A stretch of 64,000 nucleotides of DNA, from NCBI GenBank assembly GCA_021810455.1, contig JAJZIU010000001.1, positions 4,613 through 68,612 of the forward strand, in the 5' to 3' direction. The stretch is from Candidatus Micrarchaeota archaeon. GTDB taxonomy: Archaea > Micrarchaeota > Micrarchaeia > Micrarchaeales > CABMGC01. Each line of letters starts with the position of its first letter. Position 1 is the stretch's first letter. Under the pieces are notes generated by a model. The model did no database searches. It was not told the origin of the DNA and saw nothing but the letters and a program-made list of their open reading frames with translations. Both the position numbers and the translations under genes were made by a program. Below are positions 38,112 through 48,113 of the stretch, piece after piece.

Positions 38112-38864
38112 ATGATTATACAAAAAGAACTCCCTTCTACGGGGGAGTTAGTATTGGTTAAAATAACCAAAATCATGCAACACGGGGCATACTGTACCTT
38201 GGTAGAATATAATATTGACGCCTACCTTCCAATATCTGAGGTTTCTACTGGTTGGATAAAAAACATCCACGAATTTATAAAAGAGGGGCAGAGCGCAGTA
38301 GCTAAGGTAATAGCTGTAGACAAGCCAAAAAAATCAATAGACGTTTCGTTAAAAAAAGCAACACTGAAGGAAAGAACCGTAAAGATGAATGATTACAACA
38401 CAGAAAAAAGATCAGAAAAACTATTCGAACAGGCTCTTACCGATTCAAAATTGGAAACCCAGAAAGAAAAAATCATAAACGAAATCTCAGAACACACCAG
38501 GACATACACCGAACTCATATTCGGTATATCCGAAAACAAGAACTACGCTGACTTTATAAAAAACGAGAAGCTCAAGGAAGCCCTTTTGGATATAGTTTCT
38601 AAAAACATAAAACCAAAAAGATACATAGTTTCGTATATCATGGAGCTTAGATCCGCCAGCGCAAAAAGCGGAATAGATATGATTAAAAAAATACTCGCCG
38701 AAATTTCAAGTACCGGAACTGAAATACTATACCTCGGCGCCCCTAAATATAAACTAACTTCCGAAGATTCTAGCTATCCAAAAGCCGAATCTAAGATAAA
38801 GGAAACACAAAAAATACTTGAGAAGTATTCAAAACAGATAGAGTTTTCAATAAAAGGCGCATAA
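38112..38864 (+). CDS. eif2a: Translation initiation factor 2 alpha
   Basis: S1 domain (LPSTGELV, EVSTGWIKNI, IDVSLK), YLGAPKY. Confidence 0.95.
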   Translation: MIIQKELPSTGELVLVKITKIMQHGAYCTLVEYNIDAYLPISEVSTGWIKNIHEFIKEGQSAVAKVIAVDKPKKSIDVSLKKATLKERTVKMNDYNTEKRSEKLFEQALTDSKLETQKEKIINEISEHTRTYTELIFGISENKNYADFIKNEKLKEALLDIVSKNIKPKRYIVSYIMELRSASAKSGIDMIKKILAEISSTGTEILYLGAPKYKLTSEDSSYPKAESKIKETQKILEKYSKQIEFSIKGA

Positions 38865-38865
38865 C

Positions 38866-39639
38866 TTGAAAAACACCAAGATAATGTACGATAAAAAAGC
38901 AAAACTTAAAGAGCCCATACTACTGGTTGGGTTGCCTGGTATAGGTAATGTTGGAAACCTTGTAGTGGAACATATTCGAAGAGAACTGAATGCAAAGAAA
39001 TACGCGACGTTGAGATCCCCTCACTTTCCTCACCAAACAATAATGTTAAAGAATGGTAGCATGCGTTTAGTGAACAACCGATTCTACCACTGCAAAAACA
39101 AAAACGGCAAAAGCCTAATATTGCTCGTTGGAGATGCACAGGCTGGAGGACCAAAAGGTCAGTATATAGTAAATGATAGGATAGTTCGTTTTTTCAAAAA
39201 AATAGGCGGAAAGCAAGTATATACCATAGGAGGGTATAGTGCAGGGAACAACTATGTGCAAAATCCTCGTGTATTCGGTGTTTCCACAAGTAAAACAAAC
39301 AGAGAAAATCTATCTAAAAACGGAGTTATTTTTGGACAGGCGGCAGGATCTATTTGGGGCTCTGCAGGAATCATCCCTGTTTTTGCAAACGACTATGGGA
39401 TACCAAGCGCATGTATAATGGGGGAAACAGGAATGCTTGAGATTGATGCTAATGCAGCCAAAGCGGTTTTAGAATTGCTAAAAAACATATTAAACATAGA
39501 TATAAAACTGGATAATCTCGAACGCATTAAAAAGGAAACTGAAAAAATACTTAAAAATATAGAGGAAGCATCAAAAGAACAGGGAGATCAACAAACGCCA
39601 GGGTACAAGAGCAACGAAAATCTTTCTTACATCAGATAA
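38866..39639 (+). CDS. PAC2-family proteasome assembly chaperone
   Basis: GLPGIGNVG, LVGDAQ, TIGGY, CIMGET, C-terminal LSYIR. Confidence 0.9.
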   Translation: MKNTKIMYDKKAKLKEPILLVGLPGIGNVGNLVVEHIRRELNAKKYATLRSPHFPHQTIMLKNGSMRLVNNRFYHCKNKNGKSLILLVGDAQAGGPKGQYIVNDRIVRFFKKIGGKQVYTIGGYSAGNNYVQNPRVFGVSTSKTNRENLSKNGVIFGQAAGSIWGSAGIIPVFANDYGIPSACIMGETGMLEIDANAAKAVLELLKNILNIDIKLDNLERIKKETEKILKNIEEASKEQGDQQTPGYKSNENLSYIR

Positions 39640-40298
39640 GATAAGAAAACAACTACAAAAGAAAGCACCGCTCCAGCAACAGCGCAAAAAGCGTTTGATG
39701 TATACTTGTTACCAATTCCATTTTCCTCAAAGTATCCCGCAACAGAATCAATCAAATCTCCTACAAACCCTGAAACTACTGCTACTCCAACAAACACAAT
39801 ACTTTGCGATACATAAAAAGTGCAGATTCCTATAAACAAAGAACCGATAAACCCGAAAACGAGACCAGCAAAAGTAACTCCTCCTGAAACTCCAGGTTTC
39901 ACTTTTCTCATGGTAAGTAGCATGATTGGTTTTCCAAAAAGAACACCTAACTCACTAGAAAACTTATCCGCAGTAACTGCACATATACTTGAAACATATG
40001 CGATGACAATGGCCATACCTAAGACGCCATTTCCACCACTCAAATAATATAATATCGCCAAGATGAACGGTACAAATCCATTCGCAACTACATTTTTCCA
40101 TCCCCTACGTTCTTCATAAACTTTTATTTTCTTCTTTGTGCTTTTACCAATCATCGTAACTATTGCTGATAGAAACAGGAACAGAAGCAGCAAAGCTAGG
40201 AAAAACAAACCCAGGCGTCCTCCCGCGATCAAAACCGAAGCGCCTAATAGAAAAGCCAAAACAAGGCCTCTAAGGTCCAGGGTAAGAAATGTATTCAT
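39627..40298 (-). CDS. DUF92/TMEM19-family membrane protein
   Basis: RGWKNVVANG, ADKFSSELG, PGVSGGVT, DSVAG. Confidence 0.9.
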   Translation of the reverse strand: MNTFLTLDLRGLVLAFLLGASVLIAGGRLGLFFLALLLLFLFLSAIVTMIGKSTKKKIKVYEERRGWKNVVANGFVPFILAILYYLSGGNGVLGMAIVIAYVSSICAVTADKFSSELGVLFGKPIMLLTMRKVKPGVSGGVTFAGLVFGFIGSLFIGICTFYVSQSIVFVGVAVVSGFVGDLIDSVAGYFEENGIGNKYTSNAFCAVAGAVLSFVVVFLSYLM

Positions 40299-40402
40299 GC
40301 AATCATAACAAGAACAAGCTCTACACTGTCGTAAATTCTATTCCAAAATAGATTTAAATAGTTTTCTAATAATAGGTATTTGCTTTGAAAGAGGTGTCTC
40401 GT

Positions 40403-40516
40403 ATGGCAAAGAAAGAACAAAAAGACGACGATGAAGAAGACGAAGAAGACGAAGAAGACTGGGACGAAGACGAAGAAGACGAAGACTGGGACGAAGACAT
40501 GGATGATGATGAATAA
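40403..40516 (+). CDS. 37-aa hyper-acidic micro-protein
   Basis: MAKKEQKDDDEEDEEDEEDWDEDEEDEDWDEDMDDDE; GAGGTG RBS at 40391-40396; TTTAAATA box at 40353-40360. Confidence 0.75.
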   Translation: MAKKEQKDDDEEDEEDEEDWDEDEEDEDWDEDMDDDE

Positions 40517-43500
40517 TCATCCGTATTTTTTGCGGATTGCGTAAATTGCCAATACTGAGGCAAGCGCAATCGCTAAAATAACTACTCCTAAGTTTCCATA
40601 TCCTAACTCTGCTAGTCCTATGTCCACCCCTTCTTGGGTATAATTAGGGAACCATTGGTAATTGAGTACATTAAATGTAGTGTACGATTTCGAGGTTGGA
40701 TCTGCAGATGAAGACAACCACGCTTGACTGGCTTGTAATGGTTGTGGGGAAGGAGACCCGTAAAACCTTGCAATTATCGTGGCACTCCCTATCCCACAAG
40801 CGTATATGCTGTTGCTAAAGAAACCCATCGAATTTGTTGTTGTTGTACCTACTAGCCCAAGCTGTGATGTGCACGTCCCTGTACCGTTGCTAAATATCGG
40901 TTGGCAGAATCTCTGTTGGCCATTTTGTCCCGGAGAACATGTTTGTGGAATATTTTTGTTTCCATCATTACCGTATATATTACAATTAGTATCTACTGGT
41001 ACAAGCAACGAATTTGGGGGAGGATTGCATTCTCCAAGCGAATTGTAGGCTGTTGAGTATGTTATGGTATTTGCGTTATTTGTCTGCCCTAAATAAACAG
41101 GATTTGCCAAAACGCAATTGCTAGGTATCTGTGCTCCGCTTCCAACATCTCCAAAAGCGCAAAGCATTGCATTTTTTTCATTAGATGGGTTTTGAAGTGC
41201 ATTGTATCCTATATAATTGATATTTGTATCATAATACAGATATATTAGCCCGTTTCTGAGAGGATAAAATTTATTGTTTATTGGACTGTAATATCCAACA
41301 GTACCATTTATGAAAATTTTTGTATCGTTTGCGTTATTCGAATTGACTACCGGGGTTACCTGTAGTGATATGCTTGTTGTATTCGCTATATCCGTATCAA
41401 GCGGGGCGTATATTGCGTTGCCGAATCTATCTCTTAATACAAAAACAAGCCTCTGATAACCTAGGACATTGGCAACACTTCCTGCGCCGTATTTAAAACT
41501 TGAACTGTTTATATTAAAACTCATAGGATTGTTGTAAACAATCTGCTGGTACCAATCAAAAAGCTTCACGAATGTAGGCAATGCTGAATTAATGTTGAAT
41601 ACGTTTTGATAAGATATGCCTGTCCTGGTATTAGTCGCTATCTTTTGATTTCCAACAAGAGCATACGCGGGTCCATTATAAGGGCCGTAAGGCAAAGAAG
41701 ATATTGTTTGATAACTCAAAGGCCCTAATTGGGTATTAAAGACAGTATTTATTATGTTGTACTCTAAAAGATCGGTTGCATTAAGCACCACTTGGTTATT
41801 CGTTGTTGGTCCTGTGGTAGCATTTACGTAAATGCTACCAAACTGCTTGTCTCCCTGAATATTCATTATCATCTGTGGATTTATGTAAGAACCTAGGTCA
41901 GACATGTTCGGAACATAATAATTACTTCCTTGGGGCCCGCTAAACTGAAGATAAATTCCACCCCCTTCAACATTTGCAGAAAGTGAGTTGGATCTTGCAT
42001 TTATTATTCCATAAGAAAAAATCTCGCTTGAACTTGAACTGGAATGACTTGATGGTGGGTTACTACACGATGCACCCTGCTGTATTGGTACCCCCGTGCC
42101 TGAAAATTGCCAATTCTGACTGGTTGAGTATGTGTATTTGTACGGTACCAACACATAACCTATAATATTGCTAGTCATGCTTACCGGGGAGGTAACCACC
42201 GAAGTTCCTGGAGGTATTGAAACAGACGTTCCCGTTATGCCACCAAGTTCCGAATTTGTAGGAGGTGTAAACCCTGAAAAACAACTCGAGTATGAACTCG
42301 AATTCAAAGAACCAGATTGCAAACTATTTATACACGTTTGATTGTAACTCTGCGATTGCTGTGACTGTGGACTTCCTCCTCCTCCAGTGAACGCAGATCC
42401 GAATAAATTCTGATATGATAATATTCTACCCGATCCCGTACTCTCCAAATACTTGAAAGGATCCGCAACCGTGTATATCGGTGCTGCAAGCTGATCTAAA
42501 TAAGAACTAGGTTTGCACGAGTTAGAATTCACTCCGGTATCTACAAAACATGAGAATAAACCTATTCCATCCAACAATCTTGTGTAATTTTCAATGCTTA
42601 CTTTTGCAAACAGAAGTTCTCCGTAGTCATTGGCAACAGTCTGGCAGTTAAGAAAACAGCCATTGTTGATGTGCTGCTGCGATGGGAATAAGAAGTCAGC
42701 AGTATAGTTATAATTTACTGAAAAACTGGACTGAGCTTCTCGTGGCACGCCACAACCTATGCCTATTCCAAAAGGCAGATTGAAGCAAGCTATGGCTTGA
42801 ACATTCGGTCCTAGTGACAAATAGCTCGATTTCAAGTTGTTTGGATTATAATCGCACGATTCTGAAGAACAAAAAGAAACATAGTTGCTATTATGTCCAC
42901 TTTCTAACACGTTTGCAGATAATACCCACCCATAAGGTGGATATGTATCATTAGGATAGAAACCAGGAGTGGCTGTTGTATAATACGTTGAAGTTGGTTG
43001 CCCCCCTGCACCAACACACTTATACTGGTATGTAGGAGCCTCTCCAGTTCTTGCACTAGTAACTCCCAAAGCACTGCCTGGACATGTTGATGAAATCTGT
43101 GGAGAACAGCCAACCGCAGCATTGCAATTAGGAACTACTCCACATTTAGATACTTGTGGTGTATTACATGTTGCCGCTCGCTGTGAATACATGTCGTTGA
43201 ACTTCGTAGGGTTAAATGGCACATTGGTTCCAGAAGAATTTATGACTCTAAGTAATAACGTATTGAAAAAGACACCTTGTCCTGAAATCCCGGGCACTGG
43301 CCCCGGAGTGCCAACGTACCCTCCCCAATTGTCTAAAACATACAAATATCCATTAACATCCTGAATACCTATTGGGTGGTGAAATGCTTGCGTATCAAAT
43401 GCAAGACCTTGATACTTCTGCGTTTGTACTGCTGATAGTGCAGACTTAATCCAACCTGGTGTAATACCATATAATCCGCCATTCTCCAAATACGTCGCAA

Positions 43501-46060
43501 TATTAAGATTCGCCAAGGTTGTTGATACACTCTCACCAGGAATAATTCCTGGAGACGCGGTGGTGTTCGAAACAGGCAAATTAGCATTATAATCAAAAGT
43601 AAGATCGATACTGTCTTCTAAGGCAAGCGAATTCCCGCTATAAACCTCTATGCTGCCATAAGATGGGCTTGCTAAATAAATCTGTTGTCCGCTTGGTGAA
43701 ACTGTAATCTCCTGGAATTGTTTATCTATTGTATTTGTAGTCACTGCTGGTGAACCTGTCAAGATGCCAGTTATCTCAACCAATGAGGGATGTGTTGATT
43801 GTATAGGGCCTCTGTTAGTTTGGATTGATGTCGTGGTACTACCAACAATGAAAACATCCCCATTATTATCTACTGATATATTGAATGGTGTAAACCCTTG
43901 CAATTGCGAAAAACCATTCAAGTCAGATTGGGAAATCAAATAACTATAACCGTTTTCACTATTTGCCACAAGCCCCCAATAGTTACTCCATGCGGTATTC
44001 CATTGCGAAGTGCAGCTGCTTTCAGATGCAGGATTGCAACTCACTTGTTGGATTGCTGATGTGGGTGTCTGTGGATTTGTAAAAGACCCTTTAGGTATGG
44101 CTCTTAAAACATTAAGTTGATATGCTCCAGATGTCCCAGTAAGTACGAATATGTAGTCATTGGGCATAACTGCCACGGATAGTGGACTCGGTAATGCGGA
44201 AGGCGGTCCAGATATTATACCACAGTTTGGACTACCTTCGGTACACCAAGGTAGACCGTTCTGCCCTTGGAGACAATTATTGTACTGTTTGCCATTGTAC
44301 GTATAAAGTCCTATTCCACCATCCATTGCTCCAGAGTAGGTTGTGGGCATGTATTGACAGTATGCCCCTACAAACTCGTTTACTGCTGGATCATCAAATG
44401 TCTGCCAATAACAAAACTTCTTACCCTGGACAACACCTGGGCAATTCTGATAGTTACTTCCAAAATATTGGATATAATCTTGTGCCCACTGCATTTCGCA
44501 TAACGGATTAAATTCCCAATTTGAAGCTCCTGTGGAGCAACTAGAAGGATTATAATTTGGTACTACTGGGTTTTGGTCATTCTGCAATAAGCCACAAGGA
44601 CATTTTCCACTTCCACCATATGTTGCTCCAGGATAGAAACCACTTTCAGCATTAGCTATAGAAACTATTATTTCCAATTCCGTTCCTGTAAAACCGGCTT
44701 GTTGCGCACATGCTACAACTTGTGAAAACTGCATCTTATAATGTGGAGAATTTTGGAAGTTTTGGTCAGGACAAGTTGCGGTTTGACTTGAACTAGTCTG
44801 TGCCTGTCCTGTTTGACTTGTGGTTGTTGTAACGATTCCTAGGCGACCTCCAACTCCTCTTACTGGTTGTGTTACTGCGCTTCCTAAGTTATTAAGAATA
44901 GTGCCTATTTGTGCAAGTGTATCTTCCTTTCCATTAAATGCACAAAGAAGACTGTCGAGACTTAAAACTACCTGGCCACTACTCTGGCAAGTTAAAAGAC
45001 TACCGCTATAATTTACAAACAAAATACCTGGTATGTCTACACTGAATGGATCAACTATTGATGGAGTATAATAATTCCAAGGGCTGAATACGTCATACTG
45101 CAAGTTACTTATCTGTGGAACCATGGTGGATAAAGACCCTGGTACGCCTATACTATATCCATAAGTAAGATATGGTAACGCTGGGGTATCAAACTGTGAC
45201 ATTATCGGATTCCCATTGTTATCCACTCCTGTAACTACGTTGAAAGGTATGTAACTATTTGCTATACTTCTCAATGTGGTCGTTTCACCGTAATTATACG
45301 TATACTGGCAACCATTCTCATCGTATGTTAGATCCTGCTCATTTATCTGTTTCGACTGTGGCAACCGTGCATTAGCTCCTTCAAAATTTGCAAAAGTTGC
45401 ACTCCAAGTCCATATATCATTCTGCGCGAAAGAAGGAACGCCGTTGAATATGTACGTGTTCGTTGCAAATCCGTTAGACAATTCCCCATCTACCATCGGT
45501 GTATAAGCTATATTCTTGACTTCTGCATTACCCGGATTGCCAACTTGCAGTGGGCCTACTGATGCCTGAGCGAGAGAAGATTGAGACCAGGTTACTGTGG
45601 TCACGAGTGTCAACTGACTCACAAGTGAACCCTGTGTGTTAAGACACGGCGCACCCGCAACGAACGGCACAATCCCGCTATAAAACAACACGTTAGATGT
45701 TGGGTCTGATGGCACATTTTCACATGTAAGAAACTTCAAGGCCTCCTGTTGATTTTGATTAGCAACTTGTAATACTGGGGATTCCTTGTAAATCTGTCCT
45801 TCTGGAGTTGAACTTTCCGAAGATGAAAAAACACCCGAATAGCTTGTAGTAAACGGAACCGTTATGGTGCTCGAAGCACTTCCGGAAGAAGGTTGTTGAA
45901 ATACAACATTATTAAATCCTGAATTTGATGGCGTTTCAAAAGATGCGTTGTAAAAATGCGATGTTAATAAAATCCCAAGTGCAAAAAATACAAGAGAAAG
46001 TACTAGTAAACATGAAAATAGAAAAGGCCATGCCTGGTCTTTTTTATCCTTAGCAACCAT
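40517..46060 (-). CDS. Giant (1847 aa) Cys/Ser/Asn-rich surface protein with N- and C-terminal TM helices and an internal transglycosylase-like motif
   Basis: Hydrophobic ends; IANAESG...GLLQ motif; propeller-like segment (ITVSPSGQQIYLA). Confidence 0.8.
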   Translation of the reverse strand: MVAKDKKDQAWPFLFSCLLVLSLVFFALGILLTSHFYNASFETPSNSGFNNVVFQQPSSGSASSTITVPFTTSYSGVFSSSESSTPEGQIYKESPVLQVANQNQQEALKFLTCENVPSDPTSNVLFYSGIVPFVAGAPCLNTQGSLVSQLTLVTTVTWSQSSLAQASVGPLQVGNPGNAEVKNIAYTPMVDGELSNGFATNTYIFNGVPSFAQNDIWTWSATFANFEGANARLPQSKQINEQDLTYDENGCQYTYNYGETTTLRSIANSYIPFNVVTGVDNNGNPIMSQFDTPALPYLTYGYSIGVPGSLSTMVPQISNLQYDVFSPWNYYTPSIVDPFSVDIPGILFVNYSGSLLTCQSSGQVVLSLDSLLCAFNGKEDTLAQIGTILNNLGSAVTQPVRGVGGRLGIVTTTTSQTGQAQTSSSQTATCPDQNFQNSPHYKMQFSQVVACAQQAGFTGTELEIIVSIANAESGFYPGATYGGSGKCPCGLLQNDQNPVVPNYNPSSCSTGASNWEFNPLCEMQWAQDYIQYFGSNYQNCPGVVQGKKFCYWQTFDDPAVNEFVGAYCQYMPTTYSGAMDGGIGLYTYNGKQYNNCLQGQNGLPWCTEGSPNCGIISGPPSALPSPLSVAVMPNDYIFVLTGTSGAYQLNVLRAIPKGSFTNPQTPTSAIQQVSCNPASESSCTSQWNTAWSNYWGLVANSENGYSYLISQSDLNGFSQLQGFTPFNISVDNNGDVFIVGSTTTSIQTNRGPIQSTHPSLVEITGILTGSPAVTTNTIDKQFQEITVSPSGQQIYLASPSYGSIEVYSGNSLALEDSIDLTFDYNANLPVSNTTASPGIIPGESVSTTLANLNIATYLENGGLYGITPGWIKSALSAVQTQKYQGLAFDTQAFHHPIGIQDVNGYLYVLDNWGGYVGTPGPVPGISGQGVFFNTLLLRVINSSGTNVPFNPTKFNDMYSQRAATCNTPQVSKCGVVPNCNAAVGCSPQISSTCPGSALGVTSARTGEAPTYQYKCVGAGGQPTSTYYTTATPGFYPNDTYPPYGWVLSANVLESGHNSNYVSFCSSESCDYNPNNLKSSYLSLGPNVQAIACFNLPFGIGIGCGVPREAQSSFSVNYNYTADFLFPSQQHINNGCFLNCQTVANDYGELLFAKVSIENYTRLLDGIGLFSCFVDTGVNSNSCKPSSYLDQLAAPIYTVADPFKYLESTGSGRILSYQNLFGSAFTGGGGSPQSQQSQSYNQTCINSLQSGSLNSSSYSSCFSGFTPPTNSELGGITGTSVSIPPGTSVVTSPVSMTSNIIGYVLVPYKYTYSTSQNWQFSGTGVPIQQGASCSNPPSSHSSSSSSEIFSYGIINARSNSLSANVEGGGIYLQFSGPQGSNYYVPNMSDLGSYINPQMIMNIQGDKQFGSIYVNATTGPTTNNQVVLNATDLLEYNIINTVFNTQLGPLSYQTISSLPYGPYNGPAYALVGNQKIATNTRTGISYQNVFNINSALPTFVKLFDWYQQIVYNNPMSFNINSSSFKYGAGSVANVLGYQRLVFVLRDRFGNAIYAPLDTDIANTTSISLQVTPVVNSNNANDTKIFINGTVGYYSPINNKFYPLRNGLIYLYYDTNINYIGYNALQNPSNEKNAMLCAFGDVGSGAQIPSNCVLANPVYLGQTNNANTITYSTAYNSLGECNPPPNSLLVPVDTNCNIYGNDGNKNIPQTCSPGQNGQQRFCQPIFSNGTGTCTSQLGLVGTTTTNSMGFFSNSIYACGIGSATIIARFYGSPSPQPLQASQAWLSSSADPTSKSYTTFNVLNYQWFPNYTQEGVDIGLAELGYGNLGVVILAIALASVLAIYAIRKKYG

Positions 46061-46110
46061 ATATCAAGTACTATCTACATTGATATTTATACCTTGTCTT
46101 GGCATCGATT

Positions 46111-47598
46111 TTACATGATGTATATAGAGAAGCGCCTTATCGCTCGTTTACCAAAAATGTAGAACCTATTGCTATTCTTTTTAACATCTTTTATCAAGGG
46201 TTTATATCTGGCCTTTTCTTCGGGACTAAGTTTACCCTCCTTCACAATTGTTTGCTTTTTGCCTTCGACTATCTGCGTCTCTGTTTTACTTATTATGTCC
46301 TTCTTTACCATGCTGTACCATTCGTCAAGAGTATTTCCATGCGCCTTGATCATTCTTATGAAATCCCTCATTTCTATCTTTCTCTTCTTTCCTGTTCTAT
46401 CTTCTTCAGCTGCTGGTATTAATGCTGCTTTATCACAAATCTCTTCTATATCTGCCTGTGAGAAACCCATCGATGCTCTGGCCAGTCTGCCAAAATTCAT
46501 TCTCCCCAAAGGCATTTTCCTTGTGTTGTATATGAAAGCATGTTTTCTTGTTTTATAATCTGGAGGAGGCACATATATCGATTCTCCAAAACGTTTGCTT
46601 CTCTTAAGTGCAGGATCAATATCCCACGGTTGGTTTGTAGCACCTATTACAAATATGCCTTCAGGATTCTTCTCTATGCCATCCATTTCTTGCAAGAACT
46701 GGTTAACTGCCATTCTCATATAACTCTGCTGTTCTCCACCTCCCTCTCTTTTCATACCTAACGCATCTATCTCGTCAAAAAATATTATTACTGGGGTATT
46801 TTTCCTTGCCTGTTCGAATATGGCATGCATATTCTTTTCAGTATTTCCTGCATACATATCCACAATTTCATTAATCCTTGCAATCATAACGTTTGATCCA
46901 GTTTCTCCACCTATTGCATTTACCAGATATGTTTTTCCATTTCCAGGAGGCCCGTAAAAAATAACTCCCAATCCCAATTTTTTCCCGTACGCTTTCAACA
47001 GTTCTGGTTTTCTTATAGCCAGTATTATATTTTCATAGATGAGCTTCTTCTCCCTTTCCATTCCCACTACGTCTTTGAAAGTGATGTTTGACTTATGCCA
47101 TCTGACTTTTTTTAACTGTCCCTCCTCAACAACAGTTTCAGAAGATCCTCCCACCTTGGTTTTTTCTGATTTCTCTTCAATATCCTGCTTACCTAGTTTT
47201 GGCATAAGTTGTTCAAGTCTGGCCTTTGCCTGTTCATAATTGGGATTTCTGCTAAGAGCCTTTTCATACCATTCCTTCGCTCCTACATAATCATGCTGAT
47301 ATTCCGATATTATACCCATAACGTACGGTGCATCGTGGCTATTCGGTTCCATGTCCATAACTTTCTCTGCGTCTCTGGTAGCTTCGGTATACTTATTAAC
47401 TATGGCATAAGCTAATGCTCTGTTGAAATACGCACTGCCGTAATTGGGGTCTTCTTTTATTGCTTCAGAATAAAACTCGATGGCATCTTCGAATCTGTTT
47501 TCTTCAAAAGCTTTCCCCGCTTTAACATAGGCTTCCTTAGCTGCAGGATTCTGGGTATCCTTTCTCTCCTCCTTCTGTTCCTGCTCGGAAGCTTCCAT
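46111..47598 (-). CDS. TPR-repeat AAA+ ATPase
   Basis: About three TPRs, then GPPGNGKT, IIFFDEID, ATNQPWDIDPALKR. Confidence 0.9.
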   Translation of the reverse strand: MEASEQEQKEERKDTQNPAAKEAYVKAGKAFEENRFEDAIEFYSEAIKEDPNYGSAYFNRALAYAIVNKYTEATRDAEKVMDMEPNSHDAPYVMGIISEYQHDYVGAKEWYEKALSRNPNYEQAKARLEQLMPKLGKQDIEEKSEKTKVGGSSETVVEEGQLKKVRWHKSNITFKDVVGMEREKKLIYENIILAIRKPELLKAYGKKLGLGVIFYGPPGNGKTYLVNAIGGETGSNVMIARINEIVDMYAGNTEKNMHAIFEQARKNTPVIIFFDEIDALGMKREGGGEQQSYMRMAVNQFLQEMDGIEKNPEGIFVIGATNQPWDIDPALKRSKRFGESIYVPPPDYKTRKHAFIYNTRKMPLGRMNFGRLARASMGFSQADIEEICDKAALIPAAEEDRTGKKRKIEMRDFIRMIKAHGNTLDEWYSMVKKDIISKTETQIVEGKKQTIVKEGKLSPEEKARYKPLIKDVKKNSNRFYIFGKRAIRRFSIYIM

Positions 47599-47651
47599 CT
47601 GATAACCACACTATTATTAAAATAGGTTATATTTATATGTTGTGCGAGAGG

Positions 47652-48065
47652 CTAACCAAGTCTATCTAATGTAACGTTAAGTTCTTTATCAACAAGCACT
47701 ATGTACTCGTTCTCCCTAGGCACATTATTCAATTTATACGATTTAAACAAAGCAAGAAGAGCAGAAGCTTCATCATACAATCCCATCAGGTCCCTGCTTT
47801 TAATTTTAAATGACCCGTTTAACTGGCTTATAACTAGTTTACTGTCAGAGAAAAGCTCTAAGTCGTTTCCAACACCAAATTTTTCTCTAGCATCTTTCAG
47901 TGCCGCTATCACCGCTATGTACTCTGCAGCATTATTGGTTCTTTCACCATTGTAAAAACTGCTTTTTGTTAAGAGGTTGTGTTTAGAATCATAAATCCTA
48001 AAACCCGATGCACTCTTGCCTGGATTGCCTCTCGCTGCTCCATCTGTATAAATATAAAGATCCAT
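47652..48065 (-). CDS. rnhA: Ribonuclease HI
   Basis: YTDGAARGNPG, TNNAAEY, SDSKLV, VPREN. Confidence 0.93.
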   Translation of the reverse strand: MDLYIYTDGAARGNPGKSASGFRIYDSKHNLLTKSSFYNGERTNNAAEYIAVIAALKDAREKFGVGNDLELFSDSKLVISQLNGSFKIKSRDLMGLYDEASALLALFKSYKLNNVPRENEYIVLVDKELNVTLDRLG

Positions 48066-48113
48066 GATACGGTGTTTGTATACAAACTAATATTACTTTC
48101 TATCGCTTTAAGG

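Noticed and set aside
40366..40569. Ser-rich minus-strand ORF, and GAAGAC repeats as a possible CRISPR array or microsatellite
   Set aside because: No repeat-spacer structure; the + strand has a TATA box, RBS and clean acidic ORF that explain the repeats
46111..47598. Calling the AAA+ ATPase Vps4/CdvC or CDC48
   Set aside because: It has TPRs rather than an MIT or N-domain, a single AAA module, and no ESCRT-III gene nearby
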